A DNA stretch of 64,000 bases from a virus (lineage: Duplodnaviria; Caudoviricetes), in IMG/VR virus record IMGVR_UViG_3300021963_000022. One strand, given 5' to 3'. The translations under genes and the position numbers were made by a program. Every line of letters begins with the position of its first letter. The stretch's first letter is position 1. Below the pieces are notes generated by a model. The model saw only the letters and a list, made by a program, of their open reading frames with translations. It searched no databases and was not told the DNA's origin. Shown piece by piece: positions 56,459 to 64,000 of this stretch.

Positions 56459-57678
56459 TGAGAGCATTAGACTTTCTAAAAGAATCTATTGATGGGACTA
56501 CTATATTAAAGGATCCCAAAGTAGCAAAAATGTTAGCTATTGCTATCAGGCACGATAAATCATTCCCTAGGAATGATGTAGCAGATATGGGTCCTAGACC
56601 AACTGTTGGTGATTATGTTGGTGCATGGACTAGGTTAGTTAATAACACACTAGCTTCAAACAAGTACGGTGATCTAAGTAAAGACGGTAAGTTTGATAAT
56701 TGGTTATTAAGACTATATATGAATCATAGTTTAGACTATGAGGATTTAAACGGTGAGGGCGGTGATGCACTAGGTGCTTGGAAGGCATTAAGCACTAGAG
56801 GATTATTACAACCTAAGGATCAAGATTTTAACAAATTCTCTACATTACGTTCATTACAGCAGGCAATGCAGAAAAGAGAATATCGTAATACATTACAACG
56901 AATCAAAGATGCCGAAGAACTAGAAAAACACAAACGAACTAGAAAAGAAATTGTATTGATTGACAACAATAGATTTTATGTTATTATACCTTTAAACTAT
57001 GGTGCTTGTTATACATTTAATAATCAAACAGGACATATGAGTCAGTTCTGTACCGGTGGCTCTGGCGGATACAATTGGTTTAACAATTATGCACCACGTG
57101 GTCCTATCATTAGTATTGTTGACAAAAAGAATATGGATGACAAGGATGGTAAGTGGCAAATGCATGCCCCTACCAATCAGCTAGTAAACAGCACACAAGA
57201 CCAGCGTTATGCTAGAGGTGCAGGTGATCAAGATTTTGCGAAATTATTCCCTGGCTTAATGAAAGAAATTGTTAAGGGTATGCTATTAAAAGCAGACGAA
57301 ATAAGAACAGGAAGTAAAGAAATTGATCCTCCCAATGGATATGATGTTAGAGAAGCGGCTAAAGATATTGTAAGAACTTTCCCCATAAGCTATAAATCTC
57401 AACCCAGCGATAAAGTTATTGACATGCCAAGTAACACAACACCTGATAATGTATTTGTAAATCAACCACCACCAGAGCCTGTAGGTCCACCTCAACCAGC
57501 TGGTCCGTTAATAGATAACTGGTATATGTATGTTGCAGGTAGAAACTTGGGTATTGTACAAAATAAAACTAAAGATCAAGCACAACAATACTTGCAAAGT
57601 TATATACAAAAGAATAGAATTCCTCGAGGTCGTGCTTATATGAAGTCCGAGGGCAATGACACAATAGTTAGATTGTAA
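56458..57678 (+). CDS. Hypothetical late protein
   Basis: MRALDFLKE N-terminus; TAATG-coupled. Confidence 0.75.
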   Translation: MRALDFLKESIDGTTILKDPKVAKMLAIAIRHDKSFPRNDVADMGPRPTVGDYVGAWTRLVNNTLASNKYGDLSKDGKFDNWLLRLYMNHSLDYEDLNGEGGDALGAWKALSTRGLLQPKDQDFNKFSTLRSLQQAMQKREYRNTLQRIKDAEELEKHKRTRKEIVLIDNNRFYVIIPLNYGACYTFNNQTGHMSQFCTGGSGGYNWFNNYAPRGPIISIVDKKNMDDKDGKWQMHAPTNQLVNSTQDQRYARGAGDQDFAKLFPGLMKEIVKGMLLKADEIRTGSKEIDPPNGYDVREAAKDIVRTFPISYKSQPSDKVIDMPSNTTPDNVFVNQPPPEPVGPPQPAGPLIDNWYMYVAGRNLGIVQNKTKDQAQQYLQSYIQKNRIPRGRAYMKSEGNDTIVRL

Positions 57679-57681
57679 TAG

Positions 57682-57707
57682 AAATAGACCCCGAAGGGTC
57701 TATTTTT
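57682..57707. terminator. Bidirectional terminator
   Basis: AATAGACCC-CGAA-GGGTCTATT between convergent genes. Confidence 0.8.
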
Positions 57708-58281
57708 ACATTGCGGGTCCGTTCCCGTTTTTGAATCCTACTTCTCCACCTTCATCTTTGATTCGTTTAATAACATCTTCAAACAATATAGGTTTATAAT
57801 CAGTATGCTCAACACATACACAATGATAGCGAGGATCAATTACATGATCACCCCATACTTCAGTCATTACTCTATTAGCATGTAGGTGACCATGAATGTT
57901 AACACCAAATCTACCCAATGATTCAGTATGAATAGGTATATGACTTAATATCATACCATTCATCACGTGATAGGCACGTAGTTCACGGAAGTGTTCTCTA
58001 TACTCATTATCACGGAAGATATCATGGTTGCCACGAATCAATACTTTGTCACCGTTTAACCGACTCATAATCTTTAATGCTTTACGGTTGATAACAACAT
58101 CACCTAAGTGATATACTTTATCGTTTGGTCGTACTGTTTCGTTCCAACGCTTAACCATTTCTTCATCCATCTCATCGGCATTATCCCATGGGCGAAGTTT
58201 AGTCACTCCATCATTACGAGTGAATCTACATACTCCGGTATGTCCGAAGTGTGTGTCCGAAACTAAAAATACTGCTGGCAT
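57706..58281 (-). CDS. Calcineurin-like metallophosphoesterase
   Basis: SDTHFGH, HLGD, GNHD, SHIP, HGHLH; start placed at 58281. Confidence 0.9.
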   Translation of the reverse strand: MPAVFLVSDTHFGHTGVCRFTRNDGVTKLRPWDNADEMDEEMVKRWNETVRPNDKVYHLGDVVINRKALKIMSRLNGDKVLIRGNHDIFRDNEYREHFRELRAYHVMNGMILSHIPIHTESLGRFGVNIHGHLHANRVMTEVWGDHVIDPRYHCVCVEHTDYKPILFEDVIKRIKDEGGEVGFKNGNGPAM

Positions 58282-58282
58282 A

Positions 58283-58480
58283 TTATACTCCGTTTTTTCT
58301 TGATATCCAACCATTGTAGTTAGGGTCTGTTACTTCATCAACCCCGAATCTACCCACAATCTCTGTTGTTCCATCTGTTATAGAGACAAACTCATTAACA
58401 AGTTTTGCCATTTCCATAGCAATAATCAGGTCTTTATTTTCACCCCTGACATGACCATTACTATCTTTTACTAACCACAT
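58283..58480 (-). CDS. Hypothetical protein
   Basis: AAGGA RBS. Confidence 0.7.
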   Translation of the reverse strand: MWLVKDSNGHVRGENKDLIIAMEMAKLVNEFVSITDGTTEIVGRFGVDEVTDPNYNGWISRKNGV

Positions 58481-58489
58481 AATAATCCT

Positions 58490-58801
58490 TCAAGCTGTTA
58501 GCCAACCTATTTCATCTTTTGTTTCAACAGATTCGGCTCCGTCATACTCATTGATTTTAAACTCAGTGCCTTCAGGTACCCAAGCAACTTCTAAGTCCAT
58601 CATACCACCATCATATATTGCAGGGTACTTCAATGCCACATATGTTTGTAGTTCGTCAAATTTTTCGTCCAATACAAATTGTGCGATAGCAGGTTCAAAA
58701 ATAAGTTCAGGCATAGTAGGGTTCCAAGTGAACCATCCTGCACCAAAGCCAGGACTATATAATACAGCTACTTTCCCATTTCTAATTAGTTTGTTCATCA
58801 T
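58490..58801 (-). CDS. Hypothetical phage protein
   Basis: VAVLYSPGFGAGW...INEYDGAES. Confidence 0.8.
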   Translation of the reverse strand: MMNKLIRNGKVAVLYSPGFGAGWFTWNPTMPELIFEPAIAQFVLDEKFDELQTYVALKYPAIYDGGMMDLEVAWVPEGTEFKINEYDGAESVETKDEIGWLTA

Positions 58802-58818
58802 ATTTTACCTCTGTGTGT

Positions 58819-58847
58819 ATTATACATCTTTTGGGAATTATTGTCAA
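58819..58847 (-). promoter_or_regulatory. sigma70 promoter
   Basis: TTGACA-17-TATAAT. Confidence 0.85.
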
Positions 58848-58859
58848 GCGCAGTAAAAC

Positions 58860-59170
58860 ACACCCTAGATGCGCTAAATGTATATTATAGTATTAAGATA
58901 AAGGAACGAGTCATTATGACTGTATGCGGTTGTTTGGCTAGGGGTGCAAGACTATTTAGCTTATAAATTTAGTGTGTCAGCTACTAGCACTACCAAGCCC
59001 TGACATGGGTTTAAGGTTCCGTCCTACATATCTACATTTAGACAGTTATGCTCTGCCTTAGTGATTTCTCAAATTGCCCCTAAATTGAAGCCTTGCAGTA
59101 GATCCTAAGCACTGTGCAGTTATCGTTACCGCAATTACGCCTTCGTTAACGGAGAAGAGTAACCCGAGTG
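58860..59170. ncRNA. Candidate structured non-coding RNA (family and strand unknown)
   Basis: ORF-free ~300 nt region with several long-range complementary segments. Confidence 0.45.
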
Positions 59171-59176
59171 TTCTTA

Positions 59177-59968
59177 TTATAGTATAAATTGTCTTTGTTG
59201 TCTACTGTTTTTGGGCAAACTGTTATCTATATCTATATCAAAAATCCAACAGTCCATGACTTCATTTCGCATGTATTCAAAGGGCATGTAGCAGTATCCG
59301 TTAAGTCCCCAGTATTTTCCAAAACTATTTCTAACTAAAAATAATTTTTTGTTCAGGTCATAACCGACAAACGTCATAGCATGTGCTCCTAATAGAGCTT
59401 CATTTTTTTCTGGCATTTTTATAGTATTACCAGAATCATATAGGTCATCAAATGAGTTGTATACATGCATACTAAAAACTACAGGGTATTCTTTATTTAG
59501 TGCGTCTAATGTATCTTCTAGGGTAGAGATACGATAGTAATTTTTAATGGTTCTATTTTTAGCATCTTCATAGCATCTAACACTAGGAGGAACTGAAAAA
59601 TCTTCTATTAAGTATGGCCACAAATCTTCTTTGCATACACCATATTGTTGTACAGCTTTGATGGCATCACGCACGTATGCACCTACATCTTCACTAACAA
59701 CATCTTCAATCATTCGTGCATTGTAATACACAAACAATCTACTTAGGTCGACAAACTTACTAGGGTCTTGTTTGTTCATCATTAACTCATATGCACCCAC
59801 AACTGCTTGACCAGTACAACTTCCCAAATGACCTTGACTTTCAATAGGACTAGCCCATTTACGTAAGTCAACTACATCACGTAATGGTTCCCTTTTAAAG
59901 GTGTAAGGCAAGTCACGCCAATCGCTTGGGTCTTGCCTTACACGGTACTTAGATTTAAGTACTAGCAT
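59177..59968 (-). CDS. Papain-like (C1A) cysteine peptidase
   Basis: QGHLGSCTG, GAHAM, RNSFG..WG. Confidence 0.88.
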   Translation of the reverse strand: MLVLKSKYRVRQDPSDWRDLPYTFKREPLRDVVDLRKWASPIESQGHLGSCTGQAVVGAYELMMNKQDPSKFVDLSRLFVYYNARMIEDVVSEDVGAYVRDAIKAVQQYGVCKEDLWPYLIEDFSVPPSVRCYEDAKNRTIKNYYRISTLEDTLDALNKEYPVVFSMHVYNSFDDLYDSGNTIKMPEKNEALLGAHAMTFVGYDLNKKLFLVRNSFGKYWGLNGYCYMPFEYMRNEVMDCWIFDIDIDNSLPKNSRQQRQFIL

Positions 59969-59974
59969 GTTTAA

Positions 59975-60319
59975 TTAAATTATACGCCATTGTCCTGCAC
60001 GGAAGACCACTGTTAAACTTGCGTTAGCAGTCAACTGCTTGAAAGGGCTACCATCAATAGTTTCAGCACCAGTACCTTGCACGTTTACTTTACCAGTACC
60101 GTTGCCACGTTCTTCTTTAATGATATACTGTCTGCCTGTTATACCTATGGGCAATGTAACAGTTACTAAACTAGTGCTATTTACTCCGATATATTCGTCT
60201 GTGGCTGTAGCAGTATAATTACTATACATCATGCAAGAATTACAGCAGCCTGTATCCTCACAAAACTCAGCATCATATCTTAATACTAACTCTCTACTTT
60301 TACTTATTGACTGATTCAC
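59975..60319 (-). CDS. Hypothetical protein, fibre-domain-like
   Basis: VTLP...GRQYIIK...ETIDG. Confidence 0.55.
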   Translation of the reverse strand: MNQSISKSRELVLRYDAEFCEDTGCCNSCMMYSNYTATATDEYIGVNSTSLVTVTLPIGITGRQYIIKEERGNGTGKVNVQGTGAETIDGSPFKQLTANASLTVVFRAGQWRII

Positions 60320-60460
60320 AATATTTTCCCATTAATTAGTAGTACTAGTACTACCGTATATACTTACAAAATTGATAATTAAATTATCGCACAATTGTCT
60401 TTTTACATAAAGATATTAGGTTAAGAACTTACAACATATATTACCACAGTGGATATGGAA

Positions 60461-60490
60461 AAAGGTTAGAGTTTTTACACTCTAACCTTT
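60461..60490 (-). terminator. Intrinsic terminator after rpoZ
   Basis: Perfect 12 bp stem AAAGGTTAGAGT/ACTCTAACCTTT plus U-tract. Confidence 0.8.
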
Positions 60491-60505
60491 ATTAAAACTT
60501 ATAAG

Positions 60506-60739
60506 TTATTTGTTTGGACGTAGATTTTCTCTAACTCTTTTTAAGTATTCACGACCAACTAATCCTGCTTCAATTTCTTGTAATGCAGTTACAGTTGGAC
60601 CTGCTTTAGTGTTAAGTGTAGAACGATGTCCACGTTTCAATTCTCTTACCCTTTGTGAGGCAATGAGAACTAAATCGAATCGATTGCCGATCATACTGGC
60701 GGCTTCTTCACTTGAATATCTTGCTCTAGATTCTGACAT
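60506..60739 (-). CDS. rpoZ: RNA polymerase omega subunit
   Basis: NRFDLVLIASQRVREL...PTVTALQEI. Confidence 0.88.
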   Translation of the reverse strand: MSESRARYSSEEAASMIGNRFDLVLIASQRVRELKRGHRSTLNTKAGPTVTALQEIEAGLVGREYLKRVRENLRPNK

Positions 60740-60741
60740 AT

Positions 60742-61278
60742 TTACCTTTTAATTCCATAAAAATACAAATCACAATGAGGTGAACCCACTTCAAATGTGT
60801 GCGAACTAAACATCTTATCAATGTCTAGGTTATCCCTGAAATCTTTTTCAGTTAGATTCTTGTAGTAGTCCCAACCTTTGTCTATAGTCAATGGACTATC
60901 GCTAGGTGATGTACGTGTAGTACCATGCTCGGGTCTACCTGTTGTAGCACATGTCATAAATATCAATCCACCTGGCTTTGTCATACGATGCATGTTTACA
61001 AATGTTTCTACCCAATAAGGATTGTGTTCAAAACATTCACAGCTACCCACTGTATCATATGTATTATCAGGATGATCTAAGGTTTGACCTTCACATACTA
61101 AATCAACATCTCTACCCTGTCCAACGTCAATACCTAAGTATTGGCAATGACTAAAAAACATTCGTATTGAGCCATTGATATTGAGACTACCTACTTCAAG
61201 TACATTGACATTAAAAAAATGTGTAGGGTACAGAAGTTTTAGTTTTTGTATATAGTTAAATTGTTGTTGATGTGCCAT
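60742..61278 (-). CDS. Class I SAM-dependent methyltransferase
   Basis: VLEVGS, GIDV, ECFEH, KPGG. Confidence 0.85.
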   Translation of the reverse strand: MAHQQQFNYIQKLKLLYPTHFFNVNVLEVGSLNINGSIRMFFSHCQYLGIDVGQGRDVDLVCEGQTLDHPDNTYDTVGSCECFEHNPYWVETFVNMHRMTKPGGLIFMTCATTGRPEHGTTRTSPSDSPLTIDKGWDYYKNLTEKDFRDNLDIDKMFSSHTFEVGSPHCDLYFYGIKR

Positions 61279-61288
61279 TAAAATTCCT

Positions 61289-61364
61289 TGGAGCGGGCGA
61301 AGAGGCTCGAACTCTCGACATTTACCTTGGCAAGGTAATGCTCTACCAACTGAGCTACGCCCGC
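61289..61364 (-). tRNA. tRNA-Gly(GCC)
   Basis: GCGGGCGTAGCTCAG...TTGCCAA...TTCGAG...TCCA. Confidence 0.95.
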
Positions 61365-61365
61365 A

Positions 61366-61515
61366 TTAACTTGGAATAACATGTGGTATATATGGTACAT
61401 TACGTGGTCCATGTCGTTGTTCAAAAAGCTTTTTAGCTTCTTGTACGGTCGGTGCATACACACGATCTTTAGTATCACCTTGTGGTGTTCTAACTGTTGT
61501 TTCATACATTGGCAT
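61366..61515 (-). CDS. 49 aa protein between tRNAs
   Basis: AGGA RBS; MPMYETTVRTPQG... Confidence 0.6.
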   Translation of the reverse strand: MPMYETTVRTPQGDTKDRVYAPTVQEAKKLFEQRHGPRNVPYIPHVIPS

Positions 61516-61529
61516 ATATTATTCCTATT

Positions 61530-61604
61530 TGGTACATCGACACGGTTTCGAACCGCGGACCCTCTCCGTGTAAAGGAGACGCTCTACCCCTGAGCTATCG
61601 ATGC
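61530..61604 (-). tRNA. tRNA-Val(TAC)
   Basis: TCTCC-TTTACAC-GGAGA anticodon arm; CCA. Confidence 0.93.
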
Positions 61605-61614
61605 CTTATTCTAT

Positions 61615-61794
61615 TTAACCACCCTGTGTGCTATCTTTAACTTTTGTTTCACTAACAATACGTTCAAATTCATCATCTTCGTTTTTGTGATCCTCAACAA
61701 TTCTTGGATCAGGCTTACGAAAGATTAAGTCAAAGTTACTATCAAATGTCTTTAATGGGACACTAAATGGTCTTGGACTAGAACCCTTACTCAT
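61615..61794 (-). CDS. 59 aa protein
   Basis: MSKGSSPRPFSV...; ATGA-coupled. Confidence 0.6.
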   Translation of the reverse strand: MSKGSSPRPFSVPLKTFDSNFDLIFRKPDPRIVEDHKNEDDEFERIVSETKVKDSTQGG

Positions 61795-61955
61795 TTGTTA
61801 TTAGTCTTTCCAGAACCACGTGAATTACTTTGTTCAATCACAGCAAAACTGCGAATGAATGCACCACGTTCATGTGCGTCACGAATTTTTGCCGCGGCAC
61901 GTTTAACTGTCTTTGAAACTTTCACTGCTTTCGCATCATATCCTCTGCATGTCAT
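61791..61955 (-). CDS. 54 aa basic protein
   Basis: AAGGA RBS; MTCRGYDAKAVKVSKTVKR. Confidence 0.6.
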   Translation of the reverse strand: MTCRGYDAKAVKVSKTVKRAAAKIRDAHERGAFIRSFAVIEQSNSRGSGKTNNK

Positions 61956-61977
61956 AATATTTCCTTTTTAATTAAAT

Positions 61978-62055
61978 TGGTCGGAATGGTGGGATTCGAA
62001 CTCACGACCCTCTGCTCCCAAAGCAGATGCGCTAACCAGACTGCGCTACACTCCG
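61978..62055 (-). tRNA. tRNA-Pro(TGG)
   Basis: CGGAGTGTAGCGCAG...TTTGGGA...CCA. Confidence 0.95.
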
Positions 62056-62062
62056 AATATTC

Positions 62063-62383
62063 TTACCAGTAGTACCAGTGTGGCTTACGGCTCACACTAG
62101 GGTAATCAATGATATCCAAATCATTGATATCTACATTCAATACAATTTTCTCCCACTGACGACCTTTTGCTCGTTGTGGTTGATTCATCATTTCACGAAC
62201 CCACCACATGGGAGTGCTCATCCAGTGATACTCTGTATCAACTTTTTTTTTCTTTTTTGTTAAAACCCCGGGGTATTGTAAATAGTCAATATACTTACGA
62301 TTACCAATGAGGTAATATTTGTAATCCCAATCTTCTTCAGGGAATCTGAGTTTACTGGGACGATCTTTGTACGTTCTAGACAT
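62063..62383 (-). CDS. Hypothetical protein
   Basis: AAGGAG RBS; MSRTYKD...W..TP.WW. Confidence 0.75.
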   Translation of the reverse strand: MSRTYKDRPSKLRFPEEDWDYKYYLIGNRKYIDYLQYPGVLTKKKKKVDTEYHWMSTPMWWVREMMNQPQRAKGRQWEKIVLNVDINDLDIIDYPSVSRKPHWYYW

Positions 62384-62432
62384 AAAGTTCTCCTTATCTA
62401 AAATCGCATATTGACCTCGCTTTCTTAATGGT

Positions 62433-62507
62433 TGGTTGCGGGGGACGGATTCGCACCGCCGATCTTCAGCTTATGAGACTGATGAGTTACTACTTCTCCA
62501 CCCCACG
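62433..62507 (-). tRNA. tRNA-Met(CAT), initiator-like but atypical
   Basis: C1.A72, A11:U24, anticodon loop CTCATAA; lacks the three G:C pairs. Confidence 0.85.
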
Positions 62508-62530
62508 GTATATATTGTTATGATGTGAAT

Positions 62531-62707
62531 TTATGCTACAATAGGACGAAACTCAACCTTGAGTCCGTCTTCAACGTTGAAGTCTGATAGCAAACCGTTT
62601 GCTTTGGCAATATTTATTTCTTGCCAATAGTCTTTGGGTTGATAGCTATCACCCGTAACAGTTATTGTTTTATAAATTTTATCATTTATTAAAATTTTTA
62701 CTCGCAT
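62531..62707 (-). CDS. Hypothetical protein
   Basis: TAAATA 5 nt before ATG 62707. Confidence 0.6.
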   Translation of the reverse strand: MRVKILINDKIYKTITVTGDSYQPKDYWQEINIAKANGLLSDFNVEDGLKVEFRPIVA

Positions 62708-62725
62708 AATACTATTTATCATATC

Positions 62726-62801
62726 TGGTGGAGGATACAGGGATCGAACCTGCGACCTATTGCTTGCAAAGCAACCGCTCTCCCAACTGAGCTAATCCCC
62801 C
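62726..62801 (-). tRNA. tRNA-Ala(TGC)
   Basis: G3:U70, TTTGCAA loop, CCA. Confidence 0.95.
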
Positions 62802-62806
62802 TAATT

Positions 62807-62891
62807 TGGTACGAGTGGCCGGAATCGAACCGGCACACCTTTCGGCGAGAGATTTTAAGTCTCTTGTGTCTACCTATTTCACCACACTCGC
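62807..62891 (-). tRNA. tRNA-Leu(TAA)
   Basis: Long variable arm; CTTAAAA loop; CCA. Confidence 0.93.
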
Positions 62892-62892
62892 A

Positions 62893-63057
62893 TTATCTCA
62901 CAAATGCCTGAAAGTAATATGTAGTTGGGTTTAATGCATACCAACTACGAACCACACTGACACCACCTTGCGGTTGCCAGCCTTCAGACAATAATTCTGC
63001 TACTAGTTTATGAAATTCATCATAACTAGCATTTATAACCTTATACTCTGTTATCAT
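62893..63057 (-). CDS. DUF1737-like small protein
   Basis: YKVI...V..LL.EGWQPQGGVS; start placed at 63057. Confidence 0.6.
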   Translation of the reverse strand: MITEYKVINASYDEFHKLVAELLSEGWQPQGGVSVVRSWYALNPTTYYFQAFVR

Positions 63058-63062
63058 AACTT

Positions 63063-63147
63063 TGGTGCTCCAGGTCGGACTCGAACCGACACGCCTTTCG
63101 GCACTGGCTTCTAAGACCAGCGTGGCTACCAATTACACCACCAGAGC
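63063..63147 (-). tRNA. tRNA-Leu(TAG)
   Basis: Long variable arm; CTTAGAA loop; CCA. Confidence 0.93.
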
Positions 63148-63173
63148 AATTAAACTTTTTAAAGAACATACAT

Positions 63174-63202
63174 AGTATATAACAATAATCATATACTGTC
63201 AA
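63174..63202 (-). promoter_or_regulatory. sigma70 promoter for tRNA cluster
   Basis: TTGACA-17-TATACT. Confidence 0.75.
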
Positions 63203-63279
63203 ACATTTTGGGTTAGAAGAACTCAGACGTATAATAATCATTTACCGGTTAGTTATCACAGAGGTCCAAGCCTTGTTAT

Positions 63280-63355
63280 TGGAGCGGGAGGCGAGAGTCG
63301 AACTCGTCTATTTCTGCTTGGAAGGCAGACGTGTAACCAAAAACACTTCACCCGC
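63280..63355 (-). tRNA. tRNA-Gly(TCC), atypical
   Basis: TCTGC-CTTCCAA-GCAGA arm, U73, CCA; A8, U6.U67 and A.C mismatches. Confidence 0.8.
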
Positions 63356-63890
63356 GTTGATCCTTTTCTTGCCATTTTTTCTTAATAGCATCTGATATCT
63401 TTCTTTTATGTTCTTCTGACTTTGGTGGTCTTGATTTATATTTTGTACCTAATTTAGATTCTGAAATATTCATACGAACTTCATCGGTCATTTTAGGTGC
63501 TGTACCATTCTTACGTCTTGCAATCAAGACTTCTGACAACCTATCTCTGGTTTCTTGACTATGGTGTTTACCTAACATCTTAGGCATACCCGACTTGTTT
63601 ATATAATCGAAGCCACCAAAACCACCTCTACGAATATTGTAAACATCTTCCCTTAATAGGAATTCATCATTTACAAGTTCTTTTTCCCTAGCAAACATTT
63701 CTTCTGCTGTATCAAAATATTCTAAAATATCTTTTTTAAAATTTTCAATTCCATATTTGTCTTTTGCATAATTTAAGATTTTACCGGATCCCATGTAACC
63801 ATCATTTAAATTCTTAGTTTTATGAGTGCCTATATAAATTTTGTTGTCTAACAAATTAGTAATTTGGTATATGTAATAATAGTATTTCAT
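63348..63890 (-). mobile_element. Seg-like GIY-YIG homing endonuclease with NUMOD3-like repeats
   Basis: YIYQITN...YIG.H...YMGSG; HSQETRDRLS, SEEHKRKIS; start placed at 63890. Confidence 0.88.
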
Positions 63891-63924
63891 ACATTTATTT
63901 ATCAATAATGTGTAATCTGCTGTT

Positions 63925-63944
63925 TTACCACTATACGAACCCCG
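63925..63944 (-). pseudogene. 5' remnant of a tRNA-Gly
   Basis: GCGGGTTCGTATAGTGGTAA with no anticodon or T arm. Confidence 0.5.
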
Positions 63945-64000
63945 CTCATAAATACTTTATGCATACATATGACGCTATCACAGCTACGGGATTATTGATA

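Noticed and set aside
58860-59170. Group I intron, tmRNA, RNase P or omegaRNA
   Set aside because: No ordered R/S core, tRNA-like ends or RNase P P4 motif recognised, and no flanking IscB/TnpB. The 16 aa plus-strand ORF at 58916 is unconvincing.
1757-62263. Many antisense or alternate-frame track ORFs (e.g. 1983..2294, 4683..4922, 14682..15011, 29356..29712, 46016..46993)
   Set aside because: Shadows of well-supported genes, with no RBS or motifs.
61278-63241. Track ORFs 61278..61505, 63041..63241 and the 5' extension of 62893..63132
   Set aside because: They run through tRNA genes; better-supported short ORFs were called instead.
1-64000. Bacterial chromosome interpretation (clpXP, iscU, rpoZ, infA, rpsU)
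   Set aside because: The genes lack their normal operons (no tig/lon, iscRS/hscAB, gmk/spoT) and sit among phage-type ORFs, promoter cassettes and a Seg-like endonuclease.

Overview
AT-rich, densely coding 64 kb segment of a large lytic T4-like (myovirus-type) phage genome. The likely host is a proteobacterium, possibly a betaproteobacterium (inferred from IscU/IscA/ErpA, a ROSE-type thermometer and a phasin-like gene). No capsid, terminase, polymerase, integrase or CRISPR array was seen. Contents: (i) arrays of single-gene early cassettes, each led by a near-identical ~60 bp sigma70 promoter/RBS repeat (1.3-2.3, 17.3-19.4 and 48.3-50.5 kb); (ii) DNA ligase and nucleotide enzymes; (iii) host-like genes clpX, clpP, clpS, sHSP, rpsU, infA, rpoZ, SOD, iscU/iscA/erpA, a PBP7-like peptidase and an ArfA-like peptide; (iv) a minus-strand csgF-csgG-curlin-FecR-curlin locus running into a 2280 aa FN3/RCC1 protein and a CHASE2 adenylate cyclase; (v) a 7-tRNA cluster with a GIY-YIG endonuclease that appears to have split and rebuilt tRNA-Gly. 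Best candidates for new biology: the curli/FecR/cyclase signalling locus; apparently leaderless TAAATA late genes alongside a translation-initiation kit (IF-1, S21, atypical initiator tRNA); enzyme-like proteins with capsid-targeting-like N-termini; a ~300 nt structured intergenic element; and the endonuclease-tRNA fusion. All calls come from reading motifs by eye; no searches were run.
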